Below are positions 20,185 to 28,697 of a stretch of DNA of 64,000 bases, piece by piece. The stretch lies in the NCBI GenBank assembly GCA_947594925.1, contig CANQEJ010000002.1:2-64001 (forward strand). Direction: 5' to 3'. The notes under the pieces were generated by a model. It made no database searches, was not told where the DNA came from, and was given only the letters and a program-made list of their open reading frames with translations. Position 1 is the stretch's first letter, and the number at the start of each line of letters is the position of its first letter. This stretch comes from an uncultured Bacilli bacterium (lineage in GTDB: Bacteria > Bacillota_I > Bacilli_A > RF39 > UBA660). The position numbers and the translations under genes were made by a program.

Positions 20185-20228
20185 AATATCAAATATATGT
20201 TATTTCATTGTTTAATAAGGGAGGAAAA

Positions 20229-21776
20229 ATGAAAGATATACCATATTTATTAACTACTTTAATTGCTCACACATTAGTATTGGAACTTGATAATAGAAGA
20301 AATATAAAAATCGATGATTTAATTAAATTTCGTCAATTACTTTTTGAAAAATATTTAGAGCAATACCAAGAATACGGTGACCATACTATTGGGGAAAAAT
20401 GGGAGGGAAACATAAGCTTTGCTCCCGTAGATGACGTTAAAGAAATAAAAAATTTGCTAATTGAATATCCGGAAATATTTTATTTTCAAGATGATTCGTT
20501 ATGGATTCATGAAAATATCGATTTAGCTTATTTATATAAATTAAAAGAAGATGAGTTTTCTAATATATGTCATAAATTTAATAGAGTATCAGACTTAAAA
20601 CAAATTAGAAATAGTTTAGGAATAACTAAAATATATGAATTAGGTAATTTTGTAAATCAACAACTAGAGAATATTGAAAGTCAGTTAGAACAGGCTTATA
20701 ACGATTTAAATAATTCTAAAGATTTAATAAAACCCTTATTAACTAAGAAATTTTTGTTTTTAACTAATGTGATTGCTAATTATCCTGTTTTATCTAATCA
20801 GTTTAATATCATAACGTCATCTGATGAGGAAAATAGTGTAAGTATTACGGAAGATTATGATTATATAAAGGAATCTTTTTATACAAAAAATAAAGAAACG
20901 TATCCAATCGATAATAATTTATATAAAAATAGTGATTATTATGAAAATATAGCTTGGTTATGCAATCCAATTCAAGAAAGTATTGAAGATACTTACCAAT
21001 ATGCGATATTTAGTGATTTTAGTTTATATAAACATAAAGTTTCCGAAATTTTTTGTCAATTAAGTTTTATGTCTTTAGTAGGTAACAATAACTCAAACAA
21101 CAATCCAGATAATAATTTAGATTTTGATATTGATGAATTTTTAAGCAATGTTGAAAAAGAAGACTTGGAAAAAGAAAATAAAAATAGAGAAAGTTATGCT
21201 GTCTTAAATAACAATGCCCTTGAAGAAGAATTTATTTTTTGGCTAACTTATATTCATAAAATTAATGAATATTTAGTAAATAATTATGACAAAAACCTTG
21301 TAAAAGTTAAAAACAGATTATTATATTTGTTAGATGATGTTTCCAAATGCTTATATATAGACGAAAATTTTGAAACTATATATGAAGAAGCTATGGAAAA
21401 ATTAGAAGAATTAAAGGATGAATATGAAGAAAAAAAATTAGAGGACCTAGTATATAGTGGATATTATAAATATTTAGCAGCTGAAGATGAAGATGAAGAT
21501 TATCTTGATGAGGAGGAATATGATGATGAAGACTATTCTGACGAAGATGGATTGTATGGTTATTTAGGTAAAGAGTCTAAATATTTAATTTATGATTGCT
21601 TTTTAGGAAGAGAGTATAAAGTAGTTGAAAAGTTATTATTAATTTCAACATATTATAGTTTAACTAATAATGAAAAAATAGAAGAAATATTAGATAGTTT
21701 TGAAGACCATCCTAAATACTCTATATATAAAGATATAATAATGGGTAAAAATTATGGCAAAATTTTAACAAAATAA
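20229..21776 (+). CDS. Hypothetical protein with strongly acidic D/E/Y-rich segment
   Basis: AAGGGAGG RBS before ATG 20229; segment AAEDEDEDYLDEEEYDDEDYSDEDG. Confidence 0.6.
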   Translation: MKDIPYLLTTLIAHTLVLELDNRRNIKIDDLIKFRQLLFEKYLEQYQEYGDHTIGEKWEGNISFAPVDDVKEIKNLLIEYPEIFYFQDDSLWIHENIDLAYLYKLKEDEFSNICHKFNRVSDLKQIRNSLGITKIYELGNFVNQQLENIESQLEQAYNDLNNSKDLIKPLLTKKFLFLTNVIANYPVLSNQFNIITSSDEENSVSITEDYDYIKESFYTKNKETYPIDNNLYKNSDYYENIAWLCNPIQESIEDTYQYAIFSDFSLYKHKVSEIFCQLSFMSLVGNNNSNNNPDNNLDFDIDEFLSNVEKEDLEKENKNRESYAVLNNNALEEEFIFWLTYIHKINEYLVNNYDKNLVKVKNRLLYLLDDVSKCLYIDENFETIYEEAMEKLEELKDEYEEKKLEDLVYSGYYKYLAAEDEDEDYLDEEEYDDEDYSDEDGLYGYLGKESKYLIYDCFLGREYKVVEKLLLISTYYSLTNNEKIEEILDSFEDHPKYSIYKDIIMGKNYGKILTK

Positions 21777-21800
21777 AATCTTTTAATATATAGTATATAA

Positions 21801-21828
21801 ATAGATGAACTCACTCATCTATTTTTTT
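21801..21828. terminator. Bidirectional terminator between convergent genes
   Basis: ATAGATGA/TCATCTAT hairpin flanked by A-run and T-run. Confidence 0.6.
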
Positions 21829-22184
21829 ATAAATTTAATTTGATTACCAACTTTAAAATATTTACCTAAACCTTTTGGTAATTCTAAAATATTAGTTTCA
21901 TAAATATCTCTATTAATAGAAAGGATTTTATAGGGTTTAAAATCATTTAAAATAAATAAAATAATATTTTGATTATCTAAAACTAAGACATCAATTGGTT
22001 CTTTCATTGTATAAGTTTGTATGGCATTGCAATTATTAAAATACATCCCAAAATTAATATTAGTCATATTACTTAAACCTTGTAATTTAGTTTTTAAATC
22101 ACTTGCAAATATAATGGGATATTCTCGATTATTTATTTTTAATATCATAATAAATAATATGCTTAAAATGACAAAATATGACAA
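21819..22184 (-). CDS. DUF192-like protein
   Basis: N-terminal anchor, GL....GM.F, PIDVLVLD, ILELPKG pattern. Confidence 0.5.
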   Translation of the reverse strand: MSYFVILSILFIMILKINNREYPIIFASDLKTKLQGLSNMTNINFGMYFNNCNAIQTYTMKEPIDVLVLDNQNIILFILNDFKPYKILSINRDIYETNILELPKGLGKYFKVGNQIKFIKK

Positions 22185-22245
22185 TTTAAAGCTTATTAAT
22201 TGCGCCTTTTTTTTAAATAAGTTATAATAATAAAGGTGAGAATAA

Positions 22246-24405
22246 ATGGCTAAAAAGAAAAAAAAGAAAGAAGAAACATCAAAAAGTTTTAATTATAGCG
22301 TAGAATTAAATGGCCTATTATTAATATTGATTGGATTAATTGGTTTTGGTACATTTGGTCCAGTTGGAAAAATTATTAAAAACTTTGCAATTTTTTTAAT
22401 GGGGTCTTGGTATGTAGTGGCTTTACTTTCTGTTTTAATATTGGGAATTTTTATGATTATTAAAAGAAAATTACCTAATTTATTAACGACACGCATGATT
22501 GGTTTTTATTTTCTATTAATTGCTATTCTAATGTTTTCTCATTTAGAATATGCTGTAGCTAATGAACTTAAAGGTAAAGCTATTATTAGTACAACTATTG
22601 ATAATTTTATGGGGGCAACTAGTAGTTTAAATTCTAATGTAGGAGGAGGCATAATTGGCGCTTTATTTATTGTCTTATTTACTTCACTTTTAGATATTAC
22701 TGGTTCTAAAATAATTATTGGCGTTTTAGCTTTATTTGGTTTTATCTTAATCTTTGATATAACTATTGCTGATATCTTTAAAAAGATTAAAGAAATCTTT
22801 GTTGGTCTTAAAAATAAAACACATACTAAAAAAGAAAAAATTAGTAATGATAATGAAGAAGAGGAAGAAAAAGAAGAAGACGATGATGATGCGAAGATTA
22901 TTATTACGAGTGCCGAAGAATTAAAAGTAAATGCTCATGAAGAGGCACCAAAAGTAGTAAATGAAGTGGCGCCGGTTAACGCTAATTACATTTTGCCATC
23001 TCTTAATTTACTAGAAAATCCTAAACATCAAGCTAAAGTTAATTCCAATGATTTTATTAAATCTAATAAGATGGTCTTAGAAAGAGTATTAAATGATTTT
23101 GGAATTAAAGGAACGGTTGTGGAAATTCATGTTGGTCCCGCAGTTACACAATATGAACTTTCCATTTTATCCGGAACTAAAGTAAGTAGAATTAAAAATT
23201 TAGATAAAGAAATTGCTTTAGCTTTAGCTGCAAAAAATGTTGCTATTGAAGCACCAATTCCCGGTAAAAATACCGTAGGTATTGAAATTCCTAATCCAAC
23301 TATTTCAGCTGTTAAGATAAAAGAAGTGTTAGGTAATATTCCTGCTAGTCAACAAAATTCCAAAATTTTAGTTGCTTTAGGAAAAGACTTAATGGGTAGA
23401 GTCCAAACTGCTGATATTTCGAAAATGCCACATTTATTAGTAGCAGGTTCAACTGGTAGTGGTAAATCAGTATGTATGAATAGTATTATTGCTTCTATTT
23501 TAATGCGTTATCGTCCTGATGAAGTAAAACTAGTTTTAGTCGACCCGAAAAAAGTTGAAATGTCTAATTATAACGGAATTCCGCATTTATTATGGCCAGT
23601 TGTAACTGACCCGAAAAAAGCTTCTGTCGCTTTACAAAAATTAGTAGATATGATGGATAATCGTTACAATATGTTTGCTGATAATGGAGTTAAAAAAATC
23701 GAAGAATATAATGTTTTAGCTAATAAAAAAGGTTTAGATAAAATGCCATATATTGTTATAATTATCGATGAACTTGCCGATTTAATGATGGTTGCTTCTA
23801 AAGAAGTTGAAGGTTCTATTCAAAGAATTACCCAACTAGCAAGAGCTGCTGGTATTCATTTAATTGTGGCCACTCAAAGACCAAGTACTAATGTTATCAC
23901 TGGTGTAATTAAAGCTAATATTCCATCCCGTATTGCCTTTGCAGTCGCATCTTCCATTGATTCTCGTACTATCCTAGATGGTGGGGGAGCTGAAAAACTT
24001 TTAGGTAAAGGAGATATGTTATATTTACCAATGGGTGAAAATACTCCAATTCGTATCCAAGGCTGTTTCATAACTGATGAAGAGACGCAAAAAATTATTG
24101 ACCATGTTTGTTCTCAACAAAAGGCAATGTATGATAATACCCTACAACAAGCCGAAGTAGAAGAACATAATCCTATTTCTGGAGATAAAGAAGAATATGA
24201 TGACCCCCTTTATAATGAAATTGTCGATTTTGCTATTGAAACCGGAAAAATTAGTGCTTCACTTTTACAAAGAAGATTTAGACTAGGTTATAATAGAGCA
24301 GCAAGAATTGTCGATTTATTAGAAGAAAGAGGCATTATAGGACCTCCAAATGGTTCTAAACCTCGAGAAGTTTTAGTTAAACTTAAAAATGACGAAAATG
24401 AATAA
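22246..24405 (+). CDS. ftsK: DNA translocase FtsK/SpoIIIE
   Basis: N-terminal TM helices, Walker A GSTGSGKS, Walker B IIIDELADLM, C-terminal gamma wHTH (LLQRRFRLGYNRAARIVDLLE). Confidence 0.95.
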   Translation: MAKKKKKKEETSKSFNYSVELNGLLLILIGLIGFGTFGPVGKIIKNFAIFLMGSWYVVALLSVLILGIFMIIKRKLPNLLTTRMIGFYFLLIAILMFSHLEYAVANELKGKAIISTTIDNFMGATSSLNSNVGGGIIGALFIVLFTSLLDITGSKIIIGVLALFGFILIFDITIADIFKKIKEIFVGLKNKTHTKKEKISNDNEEEEEKEEDDDDAKIIITSAEELKVNAHEEAPKVVNEVAPVNANYILPSLNLLENPKHQAKVNSNDFIKSNKMVLERVLNDFGIKGTVVEIHVGPAVTQYELSILSGTKVSRIKNLDKEIALALAAKNVAIEAPIPGKNTVGIEIPNPTISAVKIKEVLGNIPASQQNSKILVALGKDLMGRVQTADISKMPHLLVAGSTGSGKSVCMNSIIASILMRYRPDEVKLVLVDPKKVEMSNYNGIPHLLWPVVTDPKKASVALQKLVDMMDNRYNMFADNGVKKIEEYNVLANKKGLDKMPYIVIIIDELADLMMVASKEVEGSIQRITQLARAAGIHLIVATQRPSTNVITGVIKANIPSRIAFAVASSIDSRTILDGGGAEKLLGKGDMLYLPMGENTPIRIQGCFITDEETQKIIDHVCSQQKAMYDNTLQQAEVEEHNPISGDKEEYDDPLYNEIVDFAIETGKISASLLQRRFRLGYNRAARIVDLLEERGIIGPPNGSKPREVLVKLKNDENE

Positions 24406-24423
24406 AGCCTTTGGGCTTTTTTA
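24404..24423 (+). terminator. Rho-independent terminator after ftsK
   Basis: AAAGCC-TTTG-GGCTTT followed by T-run. Confidence 0.6.
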
Positions 24424-24486
24424 TTTGCAATTAAAAACAACCTGTACTATAATAACTTTCATATCTTTACAAAGGGGGAAATTTAG

Positions 24487-25716
24487 ATGAAACAAAGAAC
24501 TTTAGATATGGAAGAAATGAAAAAAGATTTAGCTCTAACTTATGATAAATATCAGAAGGCAAAAAAAAGTAAAATGGTGCAGTTAACAAGAATTTTAAGA
24601 TACTTTCGTTTAAAAATTGATAAAACAAGAATAAATGATTACCAAATAATAAAATTAGAGTGGCTTAAAGAACCTATTCTTATTTTAATTGATACAAAAG
24701 AAAATATCTTGTATCAAAGTAAGTATTATTATGACCATTATTCGCACCAATTTAAATATATTAAAAATAAGATATCTGGTTCTTTAAGAGAAAGAGAAGA
24801 TTATTATGCAATCAATAATTCTTGGGCTTATGCTACTAACTTAACTTTTAAATTAGATAATGAAAAATTAATATTTAAAAAAGAAAATCCTTATCCACCT
24901 AATTATCCAATTCCGCAGTTTAATCAAGGTATTACAATCTTATATCAAAAAGACTTAGAGGAAGAAGAGTGTCTAGAAAAAACATACCAAAGTTATGACG
25001 AAGGAAGATGCTATGCATCTAGCTATGAAAAAGTATGTAGTAATGAAAAAATGGCTTTACAAGAAGAAACAGGTTGGCAAAATAGATATACATATACCAA
25101 TCAAAATAGTCTAATATATGGTATTGATACTTTCAACGATACTTATAAATGTGCTGGTGTTTTATTTACTAATAGCCATATTCTTGAGCCTTACAAATTC
25201 TTCCCAGAATCTCTTAAAGCATGTTGCCCTGAAAGATTATTTCATGATAGTAATACTTATTCTGCACTTATTTTTCGAGTAATTAGACCGACAGATTTTA
25301 ATAATATAGAAATTTACAAAACTAAAGAGGGTTTTAAAGTTTATTTAAGAATATGTCATTTTGCTAAAAATAATACTATTGAAAATAAAGAATTTGGTTT
25401 TCCAGTTTTAAAAAATGGGAAAATAGCAGAAGAAGAATTATCATATATAACTAAAAATCTAGAAAGTCACTTAGACCCGGAAGTAATGCAAATTTTCGTC
25501 TCATATTTAAATAGTGCTGCCGAAAAAATGACTGGCTATCAAGATTTAGAAGAAAGTCAAAAAGGCACCTTATCAGCCAAAACTTTTCTTTCTAAATCCG
25601 CTGATGAAATAGTTAAAACAATTGAAGCCAAAAAGGAATATTATTTTTCTTTAGCTTCTAAAGAATATAACGATTTAGCCTTTAAACAACCCGCTAATTC
25701 TCGTATTTTAAAGTAA
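24487..25716 (+). CDS. Hypothetical protein, paralog of 18796-20184
   Basis: GGGGGA RBS; collinear similarity blocks (ILRY, IDTKENILYQS, YTYTNQNSLIYGID, PVLKNGKI.EEEL, KKEYYFSLA). Confidence 0.6.
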   Translation: MKQRTLDMEEMKKDLALTYDKYQKAKKSKMVQLTRILRYFRLKIDKTRINDYQIIKLEWLKEPILILIDTKENILYQSKYYYDHYSHQFKYIKNKISGSLREREDYYAINNSWAYATNLTFKLDNEKLIFKKENPYPPNYPIPQFNQGITILYQKDLEEEECLEKTYQSYDEGRCYASSYEKVCSNEKMALQEETGWQNRYTYTNQNSLIYGIDTFNDTYKCAGVLFTNSHILEPYKFFPESLKACCPERLFHDSNTYSALIFRVIRPTDFNNIEIYKTKEGFKVYLRICHFAKNNTIENKEFGFPVLKNGKIAEEELSYITKNLESHLDPEVMQIFVSYLNSAAEKMTGYQDLEESQKGTLSAKTFLSKSADEIVKTIEAKKEYYFSLASKEYNDLAFKQPANSRILK

Positions 25717-25802
25717 AAGAAGTACCTTATTTCCATGAATTAGAACTAAATAGATTGTTAATCCCCTCTAAATAGAGTATAATATTTTTAATGGTGATGG
25801 GT

Positions 25803-26291
25803 ATGTCTTCTTATGTTTTAATTGGGAAAGTATGTGGCACACACGGTATTAAAGGTGAAATTAGAATTAGCTCTAATCATGAGTTAAAAGAGCAAATTTT
25901 TAAACCAGGATTTACTCTTTATTTTACTGACCATAAAATAAAAGAAATAATAACCTCTTATCGCCATCATAAAATTTATGAAATGGTTACTTTAGAAGGC
26001 TATAGCAATATTAATGAAGTTTTAAAATATAAAAATCAAAATGTTTATGTTAAAAGAGAAGATTTAACTATTACGGATTATTTATTAGAAGATTTAATTT
26101 CTTGTGAAGTTATTGAAGATAGTAAAAGTTTAGGAAAAGTTGTAAATATTATTCATAATGGACCTAATACATTATTAGAAGTTTCCGGAATTAAACATTT
26201 TTATATTCCTAAAGTTAATGATTATATTGAAAAAGTAGATATAAATAAAAAACAAATCTATGTAAAAAATACAGGGGGTCTTATTTTATGA
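25803..26291 (+). CDS. rimM: 16S rRNA processing protein RimM
   Basis: IGKVCGTHGIKGEIRI N-terminus, PRC barrel C-terminus; upstream of trmD; TTGTTA-17-TATAAT promoter upstream. Confidence 0.85.
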   Translation: MSSYVLIGKVCGTHGIKGEIRISSNHELKEQIFKPGFTLYFTDHKIKEIITSYRHHKIYEMVTLEGYSNINEVLKYKNQNVYVKREDLTITDYLLEDLISCEVIEDSKSLGKVVNIIHNGPNTLLEVSGIKHFYIPKVNDYIEKVDINKKQIYVKNTGGLIL

Positions 26292-26950
26292 AAATAGATA
26301 TCCTAACTTTATTTCCGGAAATGCTTAATGGTTATCTTAGTGAATCTATTTTAAAAAGAGCCATAGAAAAAAATATAGTCGAAATAAATATTATTAATTT
26401 TCGGGACTTTTCTAAATTAAACAATAAGCAAGTAGATGATACGCCTTATGGTGGGGGAGCTGGGATGGTTTTAAGATGTGAACCGATCGTTGCTGCCATC
26501 GAAAGTGTAAAAACTGAAGATAGTTTAGTTATTCTTCTTACGCCACAAGGGCAAACCTATACCCAAAAAATGGCGGAAAAACTTAAAAGTTATAAGCATT
26601 TAATTTTAGTATGTGGTCACTATGAAGGTTTTGATGAACGGATTTTAAACTTTGTGGATTTAGAATTAAGTATCGGCGACTTTATTTTAACCGGAGGAGA
26701 AGCCGCTGCCTTAGTAGTAACAGATAGCATTGTTCGGCTTTTAGATAATGTTATTAGAGTAGATTCTAAAAATAATGAAACTTTTGCCGATAATTTAGTA
26801 GATTATCCTACCTATACCAAACCGCGAGAATTTAGAGGTTTAAAGGTACCGGAAGTATTATTAAACGGGGACCATCAAAAAATCGAAGACTGGCGAAAGG
26901 AACAACAAATAATTAAAACCAAAGAAAAAAGACCGGATTTATTAAAGTAA
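26288..26950 (+). CDS. trmD: tRNA (guanine37-N1)-methyltransferase
   Basis: DDTPYGGGAGMV, CGHYEGFDERI, SIGDFILTGGE motifs. Confidence 0.95.
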   Translation: MKIDILTLFPEMLNGYLSESILKRAIEKNIVEINIINFRDFSKLNNKQVDDTPYGGGAGMVLRCEPIVAAIESVKTEDSLVILLTPQGQTYTQKMAEKLKSYKHLILVCGHYEGFDERILNFVDLELSIGDFILTGGEAAALVVTDSIVRLLDNVIRVDSKNNETFADNLVDYPTYTKPREFRGLKVPEVLLNGDHQKIEDWRKEQQIIKTKEKRPDLLK

Positions 26951-26962
26951 AAGAGTGATATT

Positions 26963-27409
26963 ATGAGTTATTTAATAAAAAGAGATAAAAAAACTAATAC
27001 TATTACCTACATGGAATATAACATGCAAGGCTATAAATTTACTCCCAAAAGCAAAGAAAATGCTAAAATTCAAGTTAACCAAATTGTCGTTGTCAATCCT
27101 AGTATGATTGAACAAATTCTTACTTTAAAATTTAATACTATGTTTAGAAAATTAATGGCCTTTGTTTTAAATTTTTTAAATGACCCATCCTCAGATTCTA
27201 CTAATGGTATGTATGCCTTAACAGAAATTGAACGTTTAAAAAGTATTATCTTTAATAAATATCAAAATTATTTAACTATAGAAAAACAAAAAGCTTTTCT
27301 AGATAAGTTAGCCTACTTAGAAAAGCAAATTAATATGAAAATGTTAATGACCTATGAATTTATGGCTCCTAGTTATGAAGAAGAACAAACCCAAGGAAGA
27401 GGTCGTTAA
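26963..27409 (+). CDS. Hypothetical protein
   Basis: ORF following trmD (where rplS is common in Firmicutes); no family recognised. Confidence 0.5.
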   Translation: MSYLIKRDKKTNTITYMEYNMQGYKFTPKSKENAKIQVNQIVVVNPSMIEQILTLKFNTMFRKLMAFVLNFLNDPSSDSTNGMYALTEIERLKSIIFNKYQNYLTIEKQKAFLDKLAYLEKQINMKMLMTYEFMAPSYEEEQTQGRGR

Positions 27410-27414
27410 AAAAA

Positions 27415-27435
27415 TACTCCTTACGGAGTGTTTTT
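27415..27435 (+). terminator. Rho-independent terminator
   Basis: TACTCC-TTAC-GGAGTG followed by TTTTT. Confidence 0.7.
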
Positions 27436-27537
27436 AAATGGTGTTAAAGTTCTTTTTAAGTTTTCTTCTAAAAATAATCTTGTTTGTTTTCCTTTCATTT
27501 GTTAATAATCCAAAAATTTTTGAAAAAAATTATAAAT

Positions 27538-27577
27538 AAAAAAAGGAAATAGAAGATTTATCTATAATATATATAAT
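27538..27577 (+). promoter_or_regulatory. Conserved 40-nt promoter block (AAAAAAAGGAAAT-N3-AGATTTATCTATAATATAT-N-TAAT), copy 1, upstream of comEA
   Basis: 36/40 ungapped identity with 34696-34735; TATAAT at 27563-27568 with no TTGACA-like -35. Confidence 0.6.
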
Positions 27578-27607
27578 AGGATAACTATTTTTCAAGAAAG
27601 GAATAAT

Positions 27608-28351
27608 ATGGATGAAATTTTAAATTATAATAAGAAAGGTAAAAAAGTTCTTTACTTTATTGGAGCTCTTATCCTTATTTTAGGTGGTATTATCAGTTAT
27701 TTTATTATTAATAAATATGATGATAATAACGAAAAAGAAACATCTATTGCTAGTCTTACTGATGAGTTAAAAGATAGTGATACAATAGACAAAGAGGAAG
27801 ATAAAAATGAGAATGCCACTAAAGATAAAGAGGTAAAGATTAAAGTAGATATTAAAGGAGCTATTAATAATCCTGGTGTCTATGAAGTTTCCGAAGATAC
27901 CATCGTTAATGAACTTATTAATATGGCAGGTGGCCTGATGGCTAATGCAACGACAAAAAATATTAATTTAAGTCGCAAACTTCAAGATGAAATGGTAGTC
28001 ATTATATATACGGAAAATGAACTTAAAAATAAGGAAGAAATAAAAGAAGATTGTTTAGAAGATAAAGTAGATATATCTTCATGTTATGAAGAAGAAAAAG
28101 CAATTGTTGTTCCTAAGAATACTACCGAAGAGGCTGCCCAAACTCAAAGTAGTAGTGATGCTAAAGTTTCTTTAAATAAGGCCTCTAAAGAAGAATTAAT
28201 GACTTTAAGTGGCATTGGGGAAGCTAAAGCATTAAAAATAATTGCCTATCGCGAAAGTAATGATGGTTTTAAAACAATTGATGAATTAATGGAAGTAAGT
28301 GGGATAGGGGAATCTATATTTAATAAGATTAAAGAACGTCTTACACTCTAA
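27608..28351 (+). CDS. comEA: Competence DNA receptor ComEA (TM anchor, SLBB-like domain, tandem helix-hairpin-helix)
   Basis: C-terminal LNKASKEELMTLSGIGEAKALKIIAYRE..G.F..IDELMEVSGIGESIFNKIK. Confidence 0.85.
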   Translation: MDEILNYNKKGKKVLYFIGALILILGGIISYFIINKYDDNNEKETSIASLTDELKDSDTIDKEEDKNENATKDKEVKIKVDIKGAINNPGVYEVSEDTIVNELINMAGGLMANATTKNINLSRKLQDEMVVIIYTENELKNKEEIKEDCLEDKVDISSCYEEEKAIVVPKNTTEEAAQTQSSSDAKVSLNKASKEELMTLSGIGEAKALKIIAYRESNDGFKTIDELMEVSGIGESIFNKIKERLTL

Positions 28352-28697
28352 TAAATTTTTAAGTTTATTAATTGTTTTATTACTAATCTATGCTCTAATC
28401 TTTTTAAAATTAATTCCTTTTAAAAGTAAATTAAAACCTACGCAAAAAAGTATTGAAGGAATAATTTTAGAACAAAATATTGACGGTGATAAACTAGATA
28501 TAACTTTAAAAGCTCAAGAGAAAGTTAAAGTAACCTATTATTTTAAGACGGAAAAAGAAAAAAATAGTTTAGCAAAGAACCTAAAATTAGGCGTCAAAAT
28601 TAAAGTAGTTGGCAATTTAGAAGTTCCTTTAAAAAATACCATACCCAATACTTTTAATTATCAAAAATATTTAAATCATAATCATATTTACTATATA

